From Octopus bimaculoides (Eukaryota), in assembly GCF_001194135.2 (NCBI RefSeq), contig NC_068995.1:51522894-51583817 (forward strand): a stretch of DNA of 60,924 bases. The letters run 5' to 3'. Shown piece by piece: positions 54,264 through 60,924 of the stretch (positions are counted from its first letter, which is position 1; each line of letters opens with the position of its first letter). The notes beneath the pieces were generated by a model that saw nothing but the letters and a program-made list of their open reading frames with translations, was not told the origin of the DNA and searched no databases. Both the position numbers and the translations under genes were made by a program.

Positions 54264-55237
54264 NNNNNNNNNNNNNNNNNNNNNNNNNNNNNNNNNNNNN
54301 NNNNNNNNNNNNNNNNNNNNNNNNNNNNNNNNNNNNNNNNNNNNNNNNNNNNNNNNNNNNNNNNNNNNNNNNNNNNNNNNNNNNNNNNNNNNNNNNNNNN
54401 NNNNNNNNNNNNNNNNNNNNNNNNNNNNNNNNNNNNNNNNNNNNNNNNNNNNNNNNNNNNNNNNNNNNNNNNNNNNNNNNNNNNNNNNNNNNNNNNNNNN
54501 NNNNNNNNNNNNNNNNNNNNNNNNNNNNNNNNNNNNNNNNNNNNNNNNNNNNNNNNNNNNNNNNNNNNNNNNNNNNNNNNNNNNNNNNNNNNNNNNNNNN
54601 NNNNNNNNNNNNNNNNNNNNNNNNNNNNNNNNNNNNNNNNNNNNNNNNNNNNNNNNNNNNNNNNNNNNNNNNNNNNNNTATATATATATACACACACACG
54701 CTTCATCAATTTGTTTTTCCTAAATGTCGTTATTGATTACATTCAAATTGAAAAGAAAATTACCATCGCCTAAGTATAGCATAAGTGTTTTGCACCTACG
54801 ATTATCTACTTATATATTGTCCATACATTAGTGAAAATATTTGCAGTTAATATGAATGAATAACCAAATTGGGAAAGGCGTTAAAAGAAACCATATAATT
54901 CTCACATCTTCTCACATCTCATTCAGAATGTGAAATCATGCAGTTTTTAAAGATTGGTGAAAACGAGAGCGGAATCGTGTGCACGAATATATCATTTATG
55001 GTATAAAGACAGCTTAGGAGAAGATTATGTAATTAACGGTTGATTTAGTGATAAGTAAAAGCTGATGTAATGCAACGATTAAGGGAAAATAAAGATGTAG
55101 ATTTTTCAGAAATGCCGTGGTCTAGCGCAATGCCTTTCGAAATTGTAGCAGTTTCAGAACTAATGGTGACAGCTGAAAATGTTAGGCAATAACGGATATG
55201 ACGGGGGTTTATGTTCTTAAAGACTTTAAGTTAGTCT

Positions 55238-55380
55238 GTTTACGCACCTGTAACTTAGCGGTTCGTTACAATAGAAGATACCAATAAAATAAGTACAAAT
55301 CTTAAGTACTAGGGTCGATTTGTCCCACTAAAATCTGCCAAAGCAGTGCTCCAGCATTGTCACAGTTCATTGACTGAAAC
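55238..55380 (+). mobile_element. SINE B 3' half, decayed
   Basis: GTAACTTAGCGGTTCG..AATAAGTAC..GGGTCGATTTG..GTGCTCCAGCAT..GACTGAAAC. Confidence 0.8.
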
Positions 55381-56575
55381 GAATATTATAAACAAAACAT
55401 CGGTTACCATTAACTCGAAATTACCAAATAATTGCTAGTTAAACTCGTAAAACGCCAAACTGTCTTTATTTATTTTATATCTCAAATTCATTTATATTTT
55501 AGAAGAAGCAATTTAATTTCGTTTCCGTTTGATATCTATCAGTTTTCCACAGGTAACCGAAACATTTGATGCATGTGTTATAGCTTTCAGAGGAAATGAG
55601 TCATGTACACGAAACGATATTGGGATTGCTAGCCTCCGGGAATACATACTTTCGTGGCTCTTTCTTTGGATGTCTAAGTTTGTTTGTTTTGTTTTTGTTT
55701 GCATTTATATTTTTACTGAAAGAATGATATCTTATTTCTTTAGATAACTGATTTAAAGATCAGACACATCCGTAATCGTATCTCGTGGGCTTCATTAGTT
55801 TTTAATGTAAATGAAACTGAGAATTCAGAGGTGTTCTTCATTTTAGCAGTATTTCTTTTTTTACACCTTGAGATATATATATATATATTTAGAGAGAAGG
55901 GGAAACGTTATCTAAAACATAATAAACTCCTTAGAGTATTAAGTTAATGGACAGTGGGGGAGGTAGGAAATTAAAAGTGAGATTCTATACCGGTAAGTTT
56001 GCAGGTTTATTTTTAGAAACTCTGATGAAAGACACAGCATATTCTGACATATTTTGACTTTTTGTACTTTAGTTCTTATCTTCAGTATTTTATGCATTCG
56101 AATTTAAAGAGTTGCTATTAGATATCATGGAACAAAGTACGAAGATATCTGAAGTTTCTCAGTTTGATTAACAAATCAACAAATATTCCGAGTTGGCAAC
56201 GAGCCAATAAGGAAACATCTAAGTAATCGCACGATCTTCTGGGATTCCCTCAAGTCATTCCAATATATACCAAGAGTCTCTGATTGGTCCGCAGGCGCCC
56301 GTTTCTACAGATACAGAAGCAGGTATTTTGGTGCATAATAAACTAGAACGGCACCACTCATTAACTAGATTAAAACAGCTTGAAGACATGATATTGCTAA
56401 AACCTCATTTTATCGGGTATCAGTGTCACATGTTTTACAATCTTCGGTGACACCACTAGATTGCCATTCTGTCGTCAGTTACTGTCGCTACTTTATTATT
56501 TTCGTGCCACAAAAAGATCCCTAGATCATTATATTGGTCTGTAAACCTTAACACGCTTCCTACATGGAAGCCAGC

Positions 56576-56677
56576 GCAGCTCAAGTCATCATTCTTTGAG
56601 TCAACGCAGCTTGAGCCCGCGCAGTTTGAGAGAATGCAGCTTGAGAGAGAAAGCAGTTTGAGAGAGTGCAGCTTGAG
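56576..56677. repeat. 15-bp-period minisatellite, core GCAG(C/T)T(T/C)(G/A)AG
   Basis: Cores start at 56576, 56606, 56621, 56636, 56653, 56668. Confidence 0.85.
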
Positions 56678-56859
56678 CCAGCGTAACTCAGAGTTTATAG
56701 TCGACAGAATCATTACTCTCTTCCTTAAATTAACTAGTGCACTACCAGCTACAGACGTCCAATAGAATAGCTCTCAGGAACAGACTACGTACAAATTCTT
56801 TCTTCACAACTCCTGAAGCCATTTTCTGACGCGCGGGGTGATGAAATCTTCATACAGCT

Positions 56860-56911
56860 AGAGGCTCCAATCGAAACAGGGGACCCGAAATGAAAAGGTT
56901 GAGAAACGCTG
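56860..56911. mobile_element. hAT-like terminus
   Basis: GGGGACCCGAAATGAAAAGGTTGAGAAACGCTG, reverse complement CAGCGTTTCTCAACCTTTT; no partner end located. Confidence 0.4.
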
Positions 56912-56961
56912 TTATAGATTATGCCTAACCGAAAACGGTCACAGCCACATCATCCAAACAG

Positions 56962-56988
56962 ACCGGGTGAAACCGGGTTTAGCTGCTA

Positions 56989-56989
<1 letters not shown>
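56962..56989 (+). mobile_element. Helitron 3' terminus
   Basis: ACCGGGTGAAACCGGG hairpin about 9 nt upstream of CTAG (56986-56989), followed by T; 5' TC end not located. Confidence 0.65.
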
Positions 56990-57044
<55 letters not shown>

Positions 57045-57566
57045 AGATAAACGTTGATGATAATTAAGAGGATGATATGATTACTACGACAAAGTCGATG
57101 ATGATGATGATGATGATGGTGGTGGTAAGTATAAAGATGTGGCGAGTATACGAGGCATCTAATTGTTGTGTTGTCCAAAATGAGAGACTAAGGTCATAGC
57201 TGCAGGGTCAGCTATGCCATGTGTATGAAAACAAAATTTATGTCTGTCGGTTTAGAAAATTATATTCCGAATTAATTGAAGATAAATGATTCTGAAATAA
57301 TTTTCAGTTATTTGAAGTTGGCCGACATTTCCTAAGAGATATTGGCAGTATGTTCTGTTGTCTGGAACTGAAATTTTGTTCGGTGACGAATAGAGATTTC
57401 TAGAAGATACATTTTTCGCATATTTTTTTTATTGATTAATTTTTCACATATGCACAAATATGCATAAACCATCATATGACACTGTTGTTGTTGTTGGTGG
57501 TGTGCTGGTGGCGGTGGTGTTTTTCAACCCCAGCCTCTCCAGCCTAGATCTTGCAGACATACAAAG

Positions 57567-57639
57567 ACGCTTGTGGCCTAGTGGATCAGACGTCTGACTT
57601 CGAATTAGAAGATTGCGAGTTCGAGTCCTCACGTGGTTG
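57567..57639 (+). pseudogene. tRNA-Arg(TCG) pseudogene
   Basis: TGGCCTAGTGGATCAGACGTCTGACTTCGAATTAGAAGATTGCGAGTTCGAGTCC; anticodon TCG at 57600-57602 in an intact anticodon arm; acceptor and T stems carry several mismatches; T7 run at 57648-57654. Confidence 0.8.
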
Positions 57640-57654
57640 TAAAGAAGTTTTTTT

Positions 57655-57795
57655 AGGTGCAGGTTGCTTCTCAATCACATGGTTCCTGATTCAGTCGTAC
57701 AGCGTGGCAACTTGGGTAAGTTTCTTCTGCTATAACCCCAGGTCAACCAAAGTCTTGTGAGTGGATTTAGTTGACGGAAACTGTCAAAACTGACG
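57655..57795 (+). mobile_element. SINE B 5' half, diverged
   Basis: GTTGCTTCTCAATCACATGGTTCC..GCGTGGCAACTTGGG..CCAAAGTCTTGTGAGTGGATTTAGTTGACGGAAACTG. Confidence 0.8.
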
Positions 57796-57847
57796 GAAAC
57801 ACACTTGAGAAGTCCAGTGTGTGGCATTATTATTCGGTAGTAATGCC

Positions 57848-57879
<32 letters not shown>

Positions 57880-57881
<2 letters not shown>

Positions 57882-58057
57882 GAGAATATACAAAAAATAA
57901 CAACAGACGAGGACAGGTGGTGTAAATAACAAAAGTATATATTAGTATGACGCTCGGGAATACGGAAAGTCTTTGACGTTTCGAGCTACGCTCTTCAACA
58001 GAAAGAATACGGAGACAAGGAGAAAAACACGGAGAAAAAAAATTGAATAGTGTTCAG
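57880..58057 (-). mobile_element. short Penelope-like terminal-repeat-type element between (TA)n and an N gap
   Basis: Related copies at 16241-16320 (identical 80 bp) and 43371-43503 (diverged); contains a hammerhead-like motif. Confidence 0.7.
57970..58006 (-). ncRNA. minimal type I hammerhead-like fold with variant core
   Basis: Minus strand TCTTT-CTGTTGA-A-GAGC(GTA)GCTC-GAAAC-GTC-AAAGA: 5-bp stem I, 4-bp stem II, palindromic ACGT stem III, GUC site; A6 replaced by U. Confidence 0.6.
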
Positions 58058-58119
58058 NNNNNNNNNNNNNNNNNNNNNNNNNNNNNNNNNNNTATATATA
58101 TATATATATATATACATAC

Positions 58120-58160
<41 letters not shown>

Positions 58161-59193
58161 ATATGTATACATTGAAATGTTCGTTAAACATATACATATA
58201 TGTTAATATATATATATATATATGTATGTATATTAACAAACATGCGTATGTTTAACGAACATTTCAGTCTTTGTAAAAAGTATATTCTCTCTTAATGTTG
58301 GCAGTCAATGTAGATTGCACGATGGCGGAAACTTATTCATCGCAACAAAGGAATCCTAGCAACAAGAAATTCAAAGCCACAGGGAAAACAAATAATAAAC
58401 AAAAGGAAAACAAGAAGAAAAAGCAAAGAAGAAGAAGAAGAAGAAGAAGGAATAGCAATGGATAATAATTTATTGATCAAACTGGATCCAGAATGAAAAG
58501 GTTTCGCAATCAGAAACCAATCATTGGTCAATAGAGAACAAATTGCAGTTTCTCTCTTTCTATACAATTCTATAAATTCAATGAATCTCAACATAATTTT
58601 CGTGTTTTACGTATTGCATTTTTTTTTCCGTTTTGTTTTCTCTTTTTGTTTTACATAGTTTGTCTTGGTGATTGTTGTACTGGTAGTATTAGTAGTCGTA
58701 GTTATTTCTGTTTTTGTTGTTGTTGCTTTTGTTTAGCCCGAGGTCGGACATGATCCAGGAAACATATCATCAACTCGTTGCAACCTAGCTACCTCTATGC
58801 TATTGCTATTTTTTTTCTCTCTTTAAGAAATAATGTAGTTACGATTACATTAACAAAACGAGTTCTTTTATACTTTTATATGACAGCAAGCAGTAATTTA
58901 CGAGAATGTTTAGCTGTTACTTCTTCTAGTCGAAGCAATCGTGGAGATGGTCTCTCGTTGACTGGTTGTCTTGGCGACTTGGAAGTAGGGCTGAATATCG
59001 CATCGTATTGTTCTGTTTCTTGATAGAAAGAAAGAAATCCCAGCTGCAAATGAAAGCAAAGTGACAGATGTATAGAAGCTCTGGGTACTTAATTCACAAT
59101 AAAAACCATATTAAGATCTGTAAGGGAAAACAGCCATTCAAATACACAAAGAGACGGTTCAGTTCAATTACATATTTTTTTATCAGTTACCAT

Positions 59194-59322
59194 GGGTCAA
59201 AATTTTCGTCGCACGCACTGCGAACTGGTCAATGGTAAGACTACAATGATAAGATCGGATTGAGATGCTCCGTAATCATATGAATGACCAGGTCGCAGAT
59301 CGTGCGACGAAAATTTTAACTC
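59194..59322. mobile_element. foldback/MITE-like element with 40-bp imperfect inverted repeats
   Basis: Arms 59194-59233 and 59283-59322, including perfect 17-bp AAAATTTTCGTCGCACG/CGTGCGACGAAAATTTT; 49-nt spacer. Confidence 0.7.
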
Positions 59323-60264
59323 CGTTTCAGACTTAGTATAGTTTGCAATGGCTGATATATGTCTTCCAAACTGTAATTGATTTTGTTTAAACTCACGATT
59401 TCAGATCAAAATGTGTGTGTGTGTGTCTTTGTCCCCAATGATCACTACATTTGCTTTTAACACTAATTCTTTTATATTTCTACCGAATAAAATACGAGCC
59501 ATGTGGAGGCACAGTTCACAGCCTTGGGGAGTTGGACCATAGGAAAAGGAGGTAAAAAAGGAAAGGTAGTTTCGATGCCGTGAGTGATGATCTTTAGCGT
59601 GATAAAACCCAAACAGAATGGTAAAAATACAACGACGACGATGAAACAACAACAATAACAACAAAATTAACAGCAGCAGTAGCAGCGGCAATTTCTGTTC
59701 TATGACTGCTGCTACACACGGATGTTTTCAAAGTTTTGCATTTATCGATGGAGTGTCTGAATGGGAATAGTCTTGGCAAGACAATCTGGTTCAGACAACT
59801 AGCAATTGCAGTATAGACTGGTTTTCGTACAAAGATACACCGGGGAATGAACTGGGCGGGATAAGCAAGAAAGCAAAATAGCGGTCGACACATTTTATGA
59901 CGATAATAATCTAACCGTTAATTACCTATGTTCTGCAATTAAATTCTCTGTTCTCTCCGTGGTTATTTTATCGATTGCACTAAAAGTGATAGTATTACTG
60001 ACTTCCACGCTGTCAGTAAGCTACACCCATCTCGAAACACTTGCTCACTAAAATCTATAAATAGTGAAACCACGCTATGATGGATTCTCAAATGGGAGCT
60101 AAAATACTTCACATAGTGAAGCCCCTAAATTTCAATTAATTGAATTCACACACGAAATAGATAGAAAAATCAATCTTCCATCCATCCATTCATCCATCCA
60201 CCCATCCCATCCATTCATCCATCCATCCACCCACCCATCCACCCATCCAGGTCGGGCGACTTAC

Positions 60265-60364
60265 CTGCACGTATGTAAGTCTTCCACATCAGACATCCCC
60301 CTCGAGCGACGAGGCAAGAACGTCTGGCCTGGGTTCTAATCACATTGACCTTGCCTTCCGCTAG
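60265..60364 (-). CDS. candidate 100-nt exon, unverified
   Basis: Minus strand TTATTTCAG acceptor and CAG|GTAAGT donor around a GC-rich island; one fully open frame (LAEGKVNVIRTQARRSCLVARGGCLMWKTYIRA) or an internal start MSDVEDLHTC. Not recognised. Confidence 0.28.
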
Positions 60365-60924
60365 CTGAAATAACTCATTTGCGCAAACCACAATTGCAAA
60401 TTATAACAGTATTCACTCACTGAACTGGTTGATCCTGCCCAGTTCAGTAACGTGCTCTGTTTCCAGTGGTTACATGCTATTTAACCTTTAGCTGGAACCC
60501 TGACAACGGAAGAGAGTAGATCTGAGAAGAATAGAGGCTAAGATGTAATTCCGCACTATTCAAAGCCTTGGAAGTCATGAACTAGGACCCACTACCGAAT
60601 GCAGTTTAAAGCCACCCAGGACTTAGATGGCAATCATTTTCCTAATAAATGTTGTTAAAAACAAGGAAGAATTCCGGCGTGAAGTGGGATTACTCCTGGT
60701 AATCTGCATCCAGTGATGAAACTTCAAATCTTCTGGCGGGACTCCTTAGAACATATGTTAGTAGGATCGGATGGTATTTTGAGGTGGGACAACACAACAA
60801 CAATTAACATGAACAACATCATCAATGACAGTCACATGAATAACATACTCAATAAAACCAACAACAGCAACGCCACTACCAAAAGCACCACCACTACCAC
60901 CTCCTCCTCCTCCTCCTCCTCCTC

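Noticed and set aside
56456-56713. 85-aa ORF and pentapeptide-like QLEPA/QFERM/QLERE reading on the other strand
   Set aside because: Explained by the 15-bp minisatellite, whose period breaks to 17; no credible start or splice context.
60419-60448. CTGGTTGATCCTGCC, identical to the start of 18S rRNA
   Set aside because: Match is only 15 nt and does not continue; it is part of a 10-bp local hairpin (ACTGAACTGG/CCAGTTCAGT).

Overview
Very AT-rich, repeat-saturated eukaryotic non-coding DNA (intron or intergenic) from a gapped short-read assembly, with many N-runs, often abutting simple repeats. The microsatellite density and the SINE families are those I associate with an octopus (coleoid cephalopod) genome; this is inference from recalled repeat sequences, not a database result. 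I find no convincing host protein-coding gene. Nearly all ORFs in the track are microsatellite or N-gap artefacts, and there are only two weak candidate exons (20350-20406 +, 60265-60364 -). Supported content: (i) about 40 copies or fragments of three tRNA-headed SINE groups, called A, B and C here; (ii) two decayed LINE ORF fragments, an RTE-clade copy with an inverted 5' half (34285-35285) and a CR1-like 3' end (37120-37620) whose tail resembles the SINE B tail; (iii) Tc1/mariner, hAT-like, piggyBac-like and Helitron remnants plus a foldback MITE; (iv) a decayed tRNA-Arg(TCG); (v) three copies of a short (TA)n-abutting element, two carrying a minimal type I hammerhead-like fold with a non-canonical core. 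The best leads concern mobile-element biology: the hammerhead-like element, SINE A dimers joined at one A-box position, a twin-priming-like inversion in an RTE LINE, and the SINE-LINE tail pairing. None is proven novel from sequence alone.
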